Shown piece by piece: positions 38,177 to 48,267 of a DNA stretch of 64,000 bases. The notes beneath the pieces were generated by a model. The model had not been told where the DNA came from and did not search any database. It saw only the letters and a list, made by a program, of their open reading frames with translations. This DNA comes from a virus. The stretch lies in the IMG/VR virus record IMGVR_UViG_3300045988_159816; one strand, written 5' to 3'. The translations under genes were made by a program, and so were the position numbers. The number at the start of each line of letters is the position of its first letter. Position 1 is the first letter of the stretch.

Positions 38177-38839
38177 ATGGCATTCGAAGGGGCTCAAATG
38201 GTTCCGGTTTACGACATGAATAAGTCTGACAACGCTGGTATGATGGGCGGCGGAGCTGGCTGGATGTGGGTAATTATGTTATTCTTCCTGCTTGCTTGGG
38301 GCGGCTTCGGCGGCGGTGGATTTGGTGGTGCTAATGGCGCTGTCAATACATTGACTAACGAATTTCTTTATACCAACTTGAACAACACTTTGGATCGTGG
38401 ATTCAACCAGTTGGCTAATCAAAACTTTGGTATCCAACGTGATATCTGTCAATCCACTGGTGCTATCCAAATGGGTATGTGTCAAGGATTCAATCAGACT
38501 AACGCTGCAATAGCTGAAAGTCGTTTTGCTGCTCAGCAATGCTGCTGCGAAACCAATCGCAACATTGATGCTGTTCGTGCAGAAAACTACAAAAACACTT
38601 GTGAAATCACTACTGCAATTCATGCAGAAGCTGAAGCAACTCGTGCTTTGATGACTGCAAATGTAATGCAAGAATTGCGTGATCAGTTACAGGCAGCTCA
38701 ATTGCAACTTGGTAACCTTTCTCAAACTCAAAACATTATCAACGCAGTTCGTCCGTTCCCGCAGCCCGCTTATATCACTTGCAGTCCTTATACATCTGTA
38801 AATGGTTTCGGTTGTGGCAATGGTTGCGGAATTGTCTAA
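38177..38839 (+). CDS. membrane protein with Gly-rich and Cys-rich segments
   Basis: TM helix WMWVIMLFFLLAW, a GGFGGGGFGG run, CCC and a C-terminal CGNGCG. Confidence 0.5.
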   Translation: MAFEGAQMVPVYDMNKSDNAGMMGGGAGWMWVIMLFFLLAWGGFGGGGFGGANGAVNTLTNEFLYTNLNNTLDRGFNQLANQNFGIQRDICQSTGAIQMGMCQGFNQTNAAIAESRFAAQQCCCETNRNIDAVRAENYKNTCEITTAIHAEAEATRALMTANVMQELRDQLQAAQLQLGNLSQTQNIINAVRPFPQPAYITCSPYTSVNGFGCGNGCGIV

Positions 38840-38854
38840 TTAGGAGTGATTATT

Positions 38855-39208
38855 GTGGCTTGTAACCGCTGTGATAGATTTATTAAAAGTTCCAGCATCA
38901 CAGCCAGTTCTTCTGACGTGATCATTACTATTAGTTCTGCTCCCACTCTTACAAATTTAAAACGATTCTGTCTTGTGCTTGCACAAAATCTTCCTGAAGG
39001 AGCGAATACCTTACCTGTTCAAATTAGTATTGGCGGGACGACATATCCTGTTTATACAAGAACTGGTAATCTGTTAAGAGCAGATCAAATTCGTTGCCGT
39101 AGAGTATATCCGATTATCTTTGGTAATGATCCCAATCATTTCTCATTGTTATGTTGCGTACCTAATACAGTATATACACCACCTGTAGTAGTTCCGACGG
39201 AGGGTTAA
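38855..39208 (+). CDS. hypothetical Cys-containing protein
   Basis: GTG after TAGGAG. Confidence 0.4.
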   Translation: MACNRCDRFIKSSSITASSSDVIITISSAPTLTNLKRFCLVLAQNLPEGANTLPVQISIGGTTYPVYTRTGNLLRADQIRCRRVYPIIFGNDPNHFSLLCCVPNTVYTPPVVVPTEG

Positions 39209-39212
39209 TATT

Positions 39213-39677
39213 ATGTTAGATACCTTATTAAAACATCTCAAAGAGCAAAAAGATGTCGGCTTAACTAATGAAATTTTAATGGAAACCTTTAAGGAGTCCA
39301 TTAAACCATTAAAATACTCTGATAGGGAAATCTATGAAGAAGTCGTTGACAAGTTGTATAAAGAGTGTTATGGAGAACATTTCAGTGATTGGTTAGCGGA
39401 AAAGGCTGTTGAAAACTTTAAGAACGTAGACGGCACGGAAGGAGCACACTGGACGATTGAACAAATTGATGATGTAATTCGTCAATATAACATTAAATGT
39501 GTTGGTTTCAATCGTTGGGATTTATATTATGTAATGAATATGCTTTATAGCGATTATTACAATGTATTAGGCTCGGATACCGCTATCTATGTAAAGTTGA
39601 GTAAGGCATGGTTTGAAGACCCGGATGTAAGCGAGGGCAAAGCCTACCGTTACTATATGCAAGTAGCAAAAGCCTAA
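39213..39677 (+). CDS. hypothetical protein
   Basis: ORF. Confidence 0.5.
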   Translation: MLDTLLKHLKEQKDVGLTNEILMETFKESIKPLKYSDREIYEEVVDKLYKECYGEHFSDWLAEKAVENFKNVDGTEGAHWTIEQIDDVIRQYNIKCVGFNRWDLYYVMNMLYSDYYNVLGSDTAIYVKLSKAWFEDPDVSEGKAYRYYMQVAKA

Positions 39678-39686
39678 TTAAAGAAA

Positions 39687-39716
39687 GAGTACATTCTTCG
39701 GAGTGTACTCTTTTTT
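39687..39716 (+). terminator. rho-independent terminator
   Basis: gagtaca...tgtactc followed by a T6 run. Confidence 0.7.
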
Positions 39717-39717
39717 A

Positions 39718-39746
39718 TTGACAATTTTAGTTCGTTGGAGTATAAT
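39718..39746 (+). promoter_or_regulatory. promoter (TTGACA-17-TATAAT) for the replication module
   Basis: Consensus hexamers immediately after the terminator. Confidence 0.65.
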
Positions 39747-39768
39747 TGTCACATAAGGAGGAATAACA

Positions 39769-41439
39769 GTGGTCAAAATTAATATTAAAAAATCCAGAAA
39801 ATTTACTGAATTTGAATATAGTTTATTTATTATATTTGATTTTGATATTAAGATTGTAAGTCAATTAAGAAAGTTGACTTATAGATATTTTCATACAGAA
39901 TCAAACTGCTGGGAAGTTCCTTCTGTGCACTACGAAGCCGTATTAAAAATATTAAATGGCACTCAATTTGTCATTTCTAATAAAGAACTATTAGAAAAGA
40001 ATATGCCTGATTATGAATTTAAAACAACTCCTTATAATTACCAATTAGAAGGTATTAAATTTGGATTGTCTAAAAATAGATTTCATTTGGGTGATGAACA
40101 AGGTTTAGGTAAAACTAAACAATGTATTGATTTAGCCTGTATTCAAAAGCAGGAAAAAGGTATTCAACATTGTTTAATTATTTGTGGTGTAGCAACTCTA
40201 CGCTGGAATTGGCGTGATGAAATTGAAACACATAGTAATGAAGATCATTGTATATTAGGATTGCGTAAACGTAAACGTAAAAATACTATGTATGATGGCG
40301 GCACTACTGCAAAGATTGAAGATTTGCAAAGTATTCCGGAAGCGTTCTTTTGGATAATCAATGTAGAAGCTTTACGTGATGAAACCATAATCAAAATATT
40401 AAAAAAATATCATGAAGATGGTATTATTGGAATTATTATTACTGACGAAGTTCATAAAATAAAAAATCCTTTATCTGCACAAGGCAAAGGATATTTGAAG
40501 ATTGTAAATATTAAGGATACTGAAGATATTCGTATAACTATTAGTGGCACACCCTTAATTAATCAACCAATGGATTTATATATGATTTTTAAATCTTTGG
40601 GCTATGAAAATAATAGTTACACAGCTTTTAAAAACCATTATTGTATCATGGGCGGTTATATGAATAGGGAGATTATTGGATATCAAAATCTTCAAGAATT
40701 AAAGAATCGTTTAAAAAATATTCAGATAAGAAGATTAAAAAAAGATGTTCTTGAACTCCCTGAAAAGTTACCTCAAACAATTTACGTTGAATTAGCTAAA
40801 GAACAAATGGATCTTTATCAGGAAGTAAGAATAGCTTTACAAGATAAAGTTGATTTAATAAAATTAAATCCAAATCCGCTTGCACAATTTACAAGATTAA
40901 GACAGGTCACAGGCACTCCGCAGTTAATTAGTTCTATTGTTAGCAAATCCACTAAATTGGATAGGTTAGTAGAGCTTGTGAACGAAATTGCCGATAGGGG
41001 AGAACAATGCCTTATCTTTAGTAATTGGGCAGAGGTATGTAAGATAATAGTTGATAAGCTAAAGAGTGTTAATGCTCTAGGTTATATTAGTGGCTGTAAG
41101 GATTTAAAAGCCATAGAAACAGAGTTTAAAGCTAATTCTAATCATGTTGCATTAGTTGGTACTATCAAATTAATGGGTACAGGCTTAACTTTTAATAATA
41201 GCAATAATGTAATATTCTTTGATAGTCCATGGACTGATGCGGATAAACAACAAGCAATTGATCGTTGTCATCGTATAGGACAAACAAGTGATTTAAATAT
41301 TTATACTCTTGTTTGTGCTAATACTATAGATGAAAAAGTTGAGAAAATTATTCAAAGAAAACATATTTTGTCAGATGGTATTGTAGATGGCGGAAATGTA
41401 ATGAAACTTGAACAATTAATCAACTTACTCTTATCGTAA
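39769..41439 (+). CDS. SNF2-family helicase (DEXH-box plus helicase C)
   Basis: Motifs LGDEQGLGKTKQ, DEVH, ISGTPLINQ and HRIGQ. Confidence 0.85.
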   Translation: MVKINIKKSRKFTEFEYSLFIIFDFDIKIVSQLRKLTYRYFHTESNCWEVPSVHYEAVLKILNGTQFVISNKELLEKNMPDYEFKTTPYNYQLEGIKFGLSKNRFHLGDEQGLGKTKQCIDLACIQKQEKGIQHCLIICGVATLRWNWRDEIETHSNEDHCILGLRKRKRKNTMYDGGTTAKIEDLQSIPEAFFWIINVEALRDETIIKILKKYHEDGIIGIIITDEVHKIKNPLSAQGKGYLKIVNIKDTEDIRITISGTPLINQPMDLYMIFKSLGYENNSYTAFKNHYCIMGGYMNREIIGYQNLQELKNRLKNIQIRRLKKDVLELPEKLPQTIYVELAKEQMDLYQEVRIALQDKVDLIKLNPNPLAQFTRLRQVTGTPQLISSIVSKSTKLDRLVELVNEIADRGEQCLIFSNWAEVCKIIVDKLKSVNALGYISGCKDLKAIETEFKANSNHVALVGTIKLMGTGLTFNNSNNVIFFDSPWTDADKQQAIDRCHRIGQTSDLNIYTLVCANTIDEKVEKIIQRKHILSDGIVDGGNVMKLEQLINLLLS

Positions 41440-41451
41440 AGGAGGGATAAT

Positions 41452-41766
41452 GTGTCAAGAACTCGTAGACATAGAAAACGTCAAGGCTTTAAAAAACGAA
41501 ATGTTAATTGTTCTTTGTGTCTTTTTGAAGAAAGTTGCAATCTAAAAGATGCTAAAATTTGTCATGGGTTTGTATTAAAGGATACTAAACCAATCGTTAC
41601 TAATGCTGATACTAAAATAACGAATGTAGACAAAGAAAATCAAGTAGAACAATTACCAATGTACGATCCTGAATATACAGCACCAGTATCAATGTCTGAA
41701 TGTCTTGCTATGTTTTTATTTATTATTTTATTGTTTATTGGTTGTGCTTACTTAATTTTAAGATAG
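41452..41766 (+). CDS. hypothetical protein with a C-terminal TM helix
   Basis: ORF. Confidence 0.45.
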   Translation: MSRTRRHRKRQGFKKRNVNCSLCLFEESCNLKDAKICHGFVLKDTKPIVTNADTKITNVDKENQVEQLPMYDPEYTAPVSMSECLAMFLFIILLFIGCAYLILR

Positions 41767-41778
41767 GAGATGCCTTGA

Positions 41779-42141
41779 ATGAATGAAATTATTGCTAATT
41801 TTATCAATGTACACAAACAAGAATCTGTTTTAGCTAAACAATTAAAATCTCTTAAAGAGCAAGTAAAAAATATCTTAAAAGAAGCAAATCAAGATTCTTA
41901 TGTTATTGATGGAGTAGGTAGTGTTTCTATTAGTGAAAGTAAATCATTACAATTTGATGAACAAAGATTAATAGCATATTTAGAAGAACACTATCCTCAG
42001 TGTATTATTCAAGAACCTAAGATTGATTATACTTTATTAGATAAATTAGCGTATGAAAATCAAGAAATTATTAAAGAATTAGTTCCTTTTCAATATGAAA
42101 AAGTAACAGAAAGGATTAATGTTAAATATGTCAAAGATTAA
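41779..42141 (+). CDS. hypothetical protein
   Basis: ORF. Confidence 0.45.
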   Translation: MNEIIANFINVHKQESVLAKQLKSLKEQVKNILKEANQDSYVIDGVGSVSISESKSLQFDEQRLIAYLEEHYPQCIIQEPKIDYTLLDKLAYENQEIIKELVPFQYEKVTERINVKYVKD

Positions 42142-42319
42142 AGAATTTACAGTTAGCAGTAAACGTAGTGTTCAAATACAGGGTGAATTTTTTACTTTTG
42201 AATGTTCTGAATTAATTAGTTTGGACGAAAAAGATGATATTGAAAAAGCAAGATTTGAAGCTTGGGAAAGAGTTAATAATGAAGTAGATAATCAAGTTAT
42301 TGATGCGTCTAAAATGTAA
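42119..42319 (+). CDS. hypothetical small protein
   Basis: ORF. Confidence 0.35.
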   Translation: MLNMSKIKEFTVSSKRSVQIQGEFFTFECSELISLDEKDDIEKARFEAWERVNNEVDNQVIDASKM

Positions 42320-42344
42320 ATAAAAAATATTTTTTTACGAATAG

Positions 42345-42373
42345 TTGACAACTAAAAAGGGATATGTTATTAT
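42345..42373 (+). promoter_or_regulatory. promoter (TTGACA-17-TATTAT)
   Basis: Consensus -35 with a 17-nt spacer. Confidence 0.55.
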
Positions 42374-42378
42374 ACTTA

Positions 42379-42497
42379 TAGAGCGGTAATGTACTCGGCG
42401 GTCTTACTGCCTCATAAGTACATATCGCTCTAGACCCCTATTTATTTAAGTCAAAAAAGGCTCCTTACGACCGCCGAGAAAGTAAGGGGTCTTTTTT
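42379..42497 (+). ncRNA. structured 5' leader: a long hairpin plus a terminator-like hairpin whose loops carry a perfect 10-nt complement
   Basis: First hairpin has stems tagagcg/cgctcta and atgtact/agtacat. Second hairpin is ccttac-[13 nt]-gtaagg followed by a T6 run. ctcggcggtc at 42394-42403 is the exact complement of gaccgccgag at 42469-42478. Confidence 0.45.
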
Positions 42498-42525
42498 GTT
42501 GAAAAGTGAAAGTGAGGTTTTTACA

Positions 42526-42861
42526 ATGTTAAAAAAAATGTTAATTAGTGGACTAATGATATTAGCCATTAGCAGCTCTGTAAGTGCCTGCGAGGTGGAG
42601 AATAAGGGGGTAACTGCGGAAGGTAACATCATTACTGATTTCAAGCCTTGTATGCAAGAAAGTTGCCCCATGTACCGTAAATATAGAGAGTTAGAAATAT
42701 TAATAGAGATTGAATTAGGGGAAAATATGTCTGATGAAGAAGTTCAAACAAGAGCAGCTCGTCAAGATTTCGTAAAAGCTAATACTAGAGTAATTGAACC
42801 TAAAAAAATCGTATATGGCGAAGTTTCGATGGATGTAAATAAACATTTAAGGAGAAAATGA
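42526..42861 (+). CDS. lipoprotein (putative)
   Basis: Signal peptide ending in the lipobox VSAC. Confidence 0.5.
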   Translation: MLKKMLISGLMILAISSSVSACEVENKGVTAEGNIITDFKPCMQESCPMYRKYRELEILIEIELGENMSDEEVQTRAARQDFVKANTRVIEPKKIVYGEVSMDVNKHLRRK

Positions 42862-43706
42862 TGACTAATAATTTTTCATTTATTATTCACTCTTGGATGC
42901 TAACTTCATTAGAGCTAAAAGGAAATGAATTAATTGCTTATGCAATAATTTATAAATATTCAGATATTAAAGGTCAAAAATTTGTTGTTAGTATTAGAAA
43001 ATTAGCAGAAATTATGAATGTTAGTAAAAATACAGCTCAGGCTGTGCTTGATTCATTAATCGAAAAAGGTTTTATTCTTAAGTGTGCAAGTCTTGATAAT
43101 GTTATGGGTAGCAATACCTATAAAGTTGATTTAGATTTAATTGAGAGTTTTGTTGGGTGTGAAAATGGGACTATCCCCAAAAATGGGACACACCAAAAAA
43201 GCCAGGAAAAACAAGGCTCTATAGGCATTTCTAATCAGAGCGATGGGTCAGAAACTGGGACTTTAGAAAACAAGAAAATAAATAATATTAATAATATAAA
43301 TAAACTAGCTAATAAGAATACTAGAAAACAAGGGGGTTTATTAAGGGGGGGCAGTACGTCAACATCAAAGTATTCAACCATGTTAGGTCAACTACTTGCA
43401 TTTTGCAGAACAAATTTTTACACTCGAAAAGAGCAACAGGAATATGTTTTTAAAGCTTTAAAGCAATATTTAGATTATCGCATTAAATTTAAACTCGAGC
43501 CTGAACAATGGCAAGCAATTTTAGATTCTGTAAAAGATTTTGACGCTGAGGACATTGCAAGGCGGGTACAGACAGCTCTTGCGGGGGGTTATAAAATTTT
43601 AGTGCCATCGTGGGAAGTTAATAAACCGCAAAGAAGAGTTGATAATATTACTCCTCAAAAAGATGACGATAATGATCATCATGATGTTGAAGGAGTGTAT
43701 TTCTAA
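42858..43706 (+). CDS. replication initiation or replisome organiser protein (HTH N-terminus, DnaD-like C-terminus)
   Basis: N-terminal wHTH-like segment. Positioned before the loader, helicase and primase. Confidence 0.5.
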   Translation: MMTNNFSFIIHSWMLTSLELKGNELIAYAIIYKYSDIKGQKFVVSIRKLAEIMNVSKNTAQAVLDSLIEKGFILKCASLDNVMGSNTYKVDLDLIESFVGCENGTIPKNGTHQKSQEKQGSIGISNQSDGSETGTLENKKINNINNINKLANKNTRKQGGLLRGGSTSTSKYSTMLGQLLAFCRTNFYTRKEQQEYVFKALKQYLDYRIKFKLEPEQWQAILDSVKDFDAEDIARRVQTALAGGYKILVPSWEVNKPQRRVDNITPQKDDDNDHHDVEGVYF

Positions 43707-44390
43707 ATGGCTTATGAATACAAATTTGATCGTGAAAGTTGCTGGTTTAAAAAAGTTTGTACGGCGTATAAGTCAAATACTTGTGAAAAGTTTTGTGTTA
43801 GATACATGGAGTTTGACTTTTTAATTTATGCTAGCCGCCTGCCTAAAAAGTTACAGTATCCAGCAAAGCTAATTCCGGAAGATAAAGATTTAGCTTGTTT
43901 TACAATGCTTGATGATTTAAGAAGTGATATTTTAACTTTTGTTGAAGAAGGTGAAAATTTAATTATAGCTGGGGCTAATACTGGCAATGGCAAGACTACA
44001 TGGGCTGTTAAGCTACTACTGCGGTATTTTCAAGAAATATGGGCTTGTAATGGTTTTAGACCTAGAGGATTATTTATATCGACATCGAGTTTATTTTTTG
44101 CAATTAAGCAATCTTTTAGCAAAGAAAATGATGTTAAAGAAATTTTAGACCTTATTCCGAAAGTGGATTTGATAGTATGGGACGATGTTGCGGTTAAAAG
44201 TTTAACAGCCTTTGAACAGGATTTACTTTATGATTTTATCAATACAAGAATGAATAACGGATTATCAAATATTTTTACGACAAACATTTTGCCTGAAAAT
44301 TTAGAAGTTGAAATTGGCAAAAGAATTGCAAGTCGAATTATGAGTGGTAATCAGGCATTCATTTTGGGAAGGGATCGTCGTCATGGTTGA
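43707..44390 (+). CDS. DnaC/IstB-like helicase loader ATPase
   Basis: Walker A GANTGNGKT and Walker B LIVWDDV. Confidence 0.75.
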   Translation: MAYEYKFDRESCWFKKVCTAYKSNTCEKFCVRYMEFDFLIYASRLPKKLQYPAKLIPEDKDLACFTMLDDLRSDILTFVEEGENLIIAGANTGNGKTTWAVKLLLRYFQEIWACNGFRPRGLFISTSSLFFAIKQSFSKENDVKEILDLIPKVDLIVWDDVAVKSLTAFEQDLLYDFINTRMNNGLSNIFTTNILPENLEVEIGKRIASRIMSGNQAFILGRDRRHG

Positions 44391-45669
44391 TCTTCAGATA
44401 CTTAACAAGTGTATTAGCAGTGGAAATTTTGATTTAGTAGTTAATAATAATCTTACAGAGGATTATTTTGCTGCTTACCCTGATGAATATAATTTTATAA
44501 AATATCAAGTAAACAGATTCGGTAAAGTTCCGGATAAAGAAACAATGTTATTGAATTTTCCGGAATTTACTTTACTTGATGTAAAAGAAACTGATGAATA
44601 TTTAGTCACTACCATTCGGGAAGAATACTTGTATGGACAAATGGTTCCGGTTATTACCGAGTGCGCAGACCTTGTTAAAAATGATGCGAATGAAGCTTTA
44701 AAGTTTTTAACAAGTAAATTAGCTGTATTAAATAGTCAAGCTACTGCTGGTGGTGTGGATATTGTTAAAGAGTCACAAGAAAGACTTGAATTGCATAAGC
44801 ATAAAAAAGAACATGGTACTAATTATATTAAAACAGGTTTTCCACAGCTTGACGACGCTATTTATGGATTAGAACCAGGAAACGAATTATTGACTATTGC
44901 AGGTAGACCTAATCAGGGCAAAACATGGATATTATTAAAAATGCTAGTAGAGGCGTGGAAGCAAGGAAAAACTGTTGCCATGTATAGTGGCGAAATGAAT
45001 AAATATCAAATAGGGTATCGCTTTGATACCTTATTAGGTAACTTTTCAAATCGTTCATTGATTAATGGCACAGAAACAAATGGCTATGAATCGTTTGTTC
45101 TTGATATGCAGAAAGAGAAAGTGCCCTTTTATATTTTTACCCCTAAAAGCTTTGGCGGTAGGGCAACATTATCCTCTATTCAATCAATGATAAACTCTTG
45201 TCATGCAGATATTGTTGGTATCGACCAATACAGTTTAATGGACGATGAAAATTATCGTAAAGGTAAAAGTAAAACAGAGCAATTATTTAGTATCACAGAA
45301 GGCTTAATGCGTTTATCAGAAAATCATAATATTCCAATAATTGGATTATCCCAGTTAAATCGTGATGGGGAAATATCTAAGGATAATGTAGATGCTGATG
45401 CTGATTTATCCAATTTAGCGGATAGTGATAGTATTGGTCAAAATAGTTCAAAGGTATTATTTATACGACAAACTGGAGCGGGGTTAAAATTATCCTTAAC
45501 GAAGAATAGAAGTGGTACAGTTGGAGTCAACTTTATTTATTTTTGGGATATTGATAATGGTAGATTTATTTATGTTCCCAGTGCAACAGATTCATCTACA
45601 CCACAGCAAAAACAAGAAGCACAACAAACTCAAAAAAAGAAATTTAAAGATAGAAAAGAGGTTTTTTGA
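44383..45669 (+). CDS. DnaB-family replicative helicase
   Basis: Walker A GRPNQGKT in a RecA-like C-terminal domain. ATG overlaps the upstream stop. Confidence 0.8.
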   Translation: MVDLQILNKCISSGNFDLVVNNNLTEDYFAAYPDEYNFIKYQVNRFGKVPDKETMLLNFPEFTLLDVKETDEYLVTTIREEYLYGQMVPVITECADLVKNDANEALKFLTSKLAVLNSQATAGGVDIVKESQERLELHKHKKEHGTNYIKTGFPQLDDAIYGLEPGNELLTIAGRPNQGKTWILLKMLVEAWKQGKTVAMYSGEMNKYQIGYRFDTLLGNFSNRSLINGTETNGYESFVLDMQKEKVPFYIFTPKSFGGRATLSSIQSMINSCHADIVGIDQYSLMDDENYRKGKSKTEQLFSITEGLMRLSENHNIPIIGLSQLNRDGEISKDNVDADADLSNLADSDSIGQNSSKVLFIRQTGAGLKLSLTKNRSGTVGVNFIYFWDIDNGRFIYVPSATDSSTPQQKQEAQQTQKKKFKDRKEVF

Positions 45670-46682
45670 TGTTTAGTGTTAATGGTAAAACTTTGCTAGA
45701 AGATGATTTACATATTTTATCAATGTTGCAATCAGAAATTTATAATCGAACAGGTATAACCTTTTTGGGTAAATTTATTGTTAGTGATACAGATATTCAA
45801 TTTTGCTGTCCTTTTCATAGCAATGGACAAGAAAGAAGACCTTCTTGCGGTATTACAAGAGTTGAAAAAGGTACAGGTAAAAATAAAATTCCAGCTGGTA
45901 CTGTACATTGTTTTACCTGTGGAGCGACTACATCACTAGAGAATATGGTTAGTTATTTATTTGGTTTTAATGATGAAGGTATTTATGGGTCAAAATGGTT
46001 AATATCTAAATTCTTATCTGTAGAAATTGAAGATAGAAAAGATATAAGATTAGAATTTAATAGATATAAAGCGAATGCAATTCTTAAAAAATATGTATCA
46101 GAAAAAGAGTTAGATCGTTATAGATATATTCATCCTTATATGTATAAGAGAGGTATGACAGATGATTTAATTGAAAAGTTCGATGTAGGTTATGACCCAG
46201 CTTTTAAATTAAAGAAAGGTGAAAAGACATTCCCCTGCATTACTTTTCCTGTGAGGGATAAACAAGGCAATACTTTATTTATTGCAAGACGTGCAATAGA
46301 TTTCAAGCTCTATCACTATCCCGAGGGAGTAGATAAGCCCTTGTATGGGGTATATGAGCTGGACTACAGTAAAAATACATTAGTTGTTTGCGAAAGTATT
46401 ATTAATGCAATTACGGCTACTAAGTATGGGGATAACGCTATTGCTTTATTAGGTACAGGAGCAAAGAATCAATATGATTTAATTAAAAAGTTACCATTTA
46501 GATATATTATAGCTGCTTTTGATGGTGATGAAGCTGGAGAACGTGGTGCTTATAGGTTAATCAAAAACTTACCTAATAAATTAGTTAAGGTTTTAAAAGT
46601 CCCACAAGGTAAAGATATTAATGATTTAACAGAGGAAGAATATAATAATCTTCCCGAATATTTTTTATCTAAAAGGTATTGA
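45666..46682 (+). CDS. DNA primase (zinc-binding plus TOPRIM)
   Basis: CPFH...C...HCFTCG zinc motif, and a TOPRIM acidic cluster FDGDEAG. Confidence 0.8.
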   Translation: MMFSVNGKTLLEDDLHILSMLQSEIYNRTGITFLGKFIVSDTDIQFCCPFHSNGQERRPSCGITRVEKGTGKNKIPAGTVHCFTCGATTSLENMVSYLFGFNDEGIYGSKWLISKFLSVEIEDRKDIRLEFNRYKANAILKKYVSEKELDRYRYIHPYMYKRGMTDDLIEKFDVGYDPAFKLKKGEKTFPCITFPVRDKQGNTLFIARRAIDFKLYHYPEGVDKPLYGVYELDYSKNTLVVCESIINAITATKYGDNAIALLGTGAKNQYDLIKKLPFRYIIAAFDGDEAGERGAYRLIKNLPNKLVKVLKVPQGKDINDLTEEEYNNLPEYFLSKRY

Positions 46683-46761
46683 CATTGAGATATCTAAGCA
46701 GTATAATGTATTTGAAGGTGAAGGTTTTCACCAATAAAATTTATAAAAAGGTGGTAATATT

Positions 46762-47625
46762 ATGAAGGTAATTTGTACTCGAAACAATGCAGAATTTGAA
46801 TTTGTAAGAATGGAAGGCGAAGATTATGTATTAGCCGATCCGGAAACTGGTAAAGAAAAAATTATTAATGCAAAAGCATATAAACGCTTTTACAAAGAAG
46901 TTGAAGAACCTGAAGATCCGGTTGTTGATGAAGAAGTAGAAGAAGAAACTGAATCTGAAGATGTTGAAGACGAGGAAGAGGTTGAGGAAGCTGAGGAGGA
47001 AGAAACTCCGAAAGAAGAACCTAAAACTAAAAAAGCCCCTGCAAAAGAAAAGAAAGCAGCTGCTAAAGCTAAAGAACCTAAAACTAAAAAAGTCAAGGAG
47101 CCAAAAGCACCTCGTGAAATTTCTCCCTTGAAAGATATTGTAGAAAAGATTGTTCTTGCAGCTGATTGTACAATTTTTGAAACACAAGTAAAAGGTTTCC
47201 ATACTTTTAAAGTTGCTGAACATATGTGCATGGCAATGACTTTTAGTACAAAAGGTGTTGTGCTTTGGTTGCGTACTAAAGTATTAAAAGATTTAGATTT
47301 GGGAATTAATTACAAACCTATGAAGCATATGTTTGATGCTCGTTTGCCCATTACTGAAGTAACAGATGAAAATGTTGATTTGATTCGCAAACTTGTAGCT
47401 GCTCATGTAGAGTATCAAAAGGGCATTAATAAACAACGTGCAGAAAAGGTTTTAAAACAAGAAGCTGCTCGTAAAAAACGTGAAGAAAAAGCTGAAGCTA
47501 AGAAAAAAGAAGAAATGGCTAAAAAGTTGGGAGTTAAATCTAAAAAATCTAAAAAAGAAGAAAAAGTTGAAAAACCAGTAGAAGCTGAAGTAGAAGAATC
47601 CGAAGAGGTTGAAGAGGAGGAATAA
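46762..47625 (+). CDS. hypothetical protein with highly acidic and Lys-rich low-complexity segments
   Basis: ORF with E/D runs and KKxxKK runs. Confidence 0.5.
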   Translation: MKVICTRNNAEFEFVRMEGEDYVLADPETGKEKIINAKAYKRFYKEVEEPEDPVVDEEVEEETESEDVEDEEEVEEAEEEETPKEEPKTKKAPAKEKKAAAKAKEPKTKKVKEPKAPREISPLKDIVEKIVLAADCTIFETQVKGFHTFKVAEHMCMAMTFSTKGVVLWLRTKVLKDLDLGINYKPMKHMFDARLPITEVTDENVDLIRKLVAAHVEYQKGINKQRAEKVLKQEAARKKREEKAEAKKKEEMAKKLGVKSKKSKKEEKVEKPVEAEVEESEEVEEEE

Positions 47626-47628
47626 TCA

Positions 47629-48267
47629 ATGGCTCGCGTAAAACTTGAAGATGTCGATAAAGTAGTAACATCATCAACACAGTTTTTTCAAATGAAAAAC
47701 GATGGGGATATCGAAAAAGTTAATATATTATATGAAACAATTGATGATGTTGAATGTCATTCCCTTCATAAAGTTAAAGTTAATGGACGCGATCGTTGGG
47801 TTGAATGCTTGCGGGAAGTTGGGGATGAAGTAGAGGCTTGTCCTTTATGTGCTTCCGGAAGTAAAATAGCATTAAGAGTATTTGTTCCATTGTATGTTAA
47901 TGGTCAGGTTCAATTTTGGGAACGTGGTAAGAGTTTTGTTGATGATTTGAAAAGTTATTGTAATCGTTATAAACCTTTATGCGGTATGAATTTTGAAATT
48001 GAACGTCAGGGTGAAAAAGGCAATACTCAAACAAAATATCAATTCTTTCCATTAGAAAAGAATGGCAAAACTTTGAAGGACTTTCCGGAGGTTCCGGAAG
48101 TTCCAGACCAGTTCTTGCTTACTAAAACGGCTGATGAACTGTATGACTTTTTAGATACGGGTATTATGCCAGGAGTTGAAGCAACACAAGAAAAGAAACA
48201 GGAAGTTCAGCCAAGACGTCGAGAGGGTAGTCCACGAACAAACCGCCGTCGTGAAGTTCAATTTTAA
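47629..48267 (+). CDS. zinc-finger protein, possibly ssDNA-binding
   Basis: A C..H...C..C cluster. Positioned between the primase and the polymerase. Confidence 0.4.
   Translation: MARVKLEDVDKVVTSSTQFFQMKNDGDIEKVNILYETIDDVECHSLHKVKVNGRDRWVECLREVGDEVEACPLCASGSKIALRVFVPLYVNGQVQFWERGKSFVDDLKSYCNRYKPLCGMNFEIERQGEKGNTQTKYQFFPLEKNGKTLKDFPEVPEVPDQFLLTKTADELYDFLDTGIMPGVEATQEKKQEVQPRRREGSPRTNRRREVQF

Noticed and set aside
46831-47231. Two minus-strand ORFs (130 and 113 aa) opposite the acidic/basic protein gene
   Set aside because: They are antisense artefacts of the low-complexity GAA/AAG-rich coding sequence.
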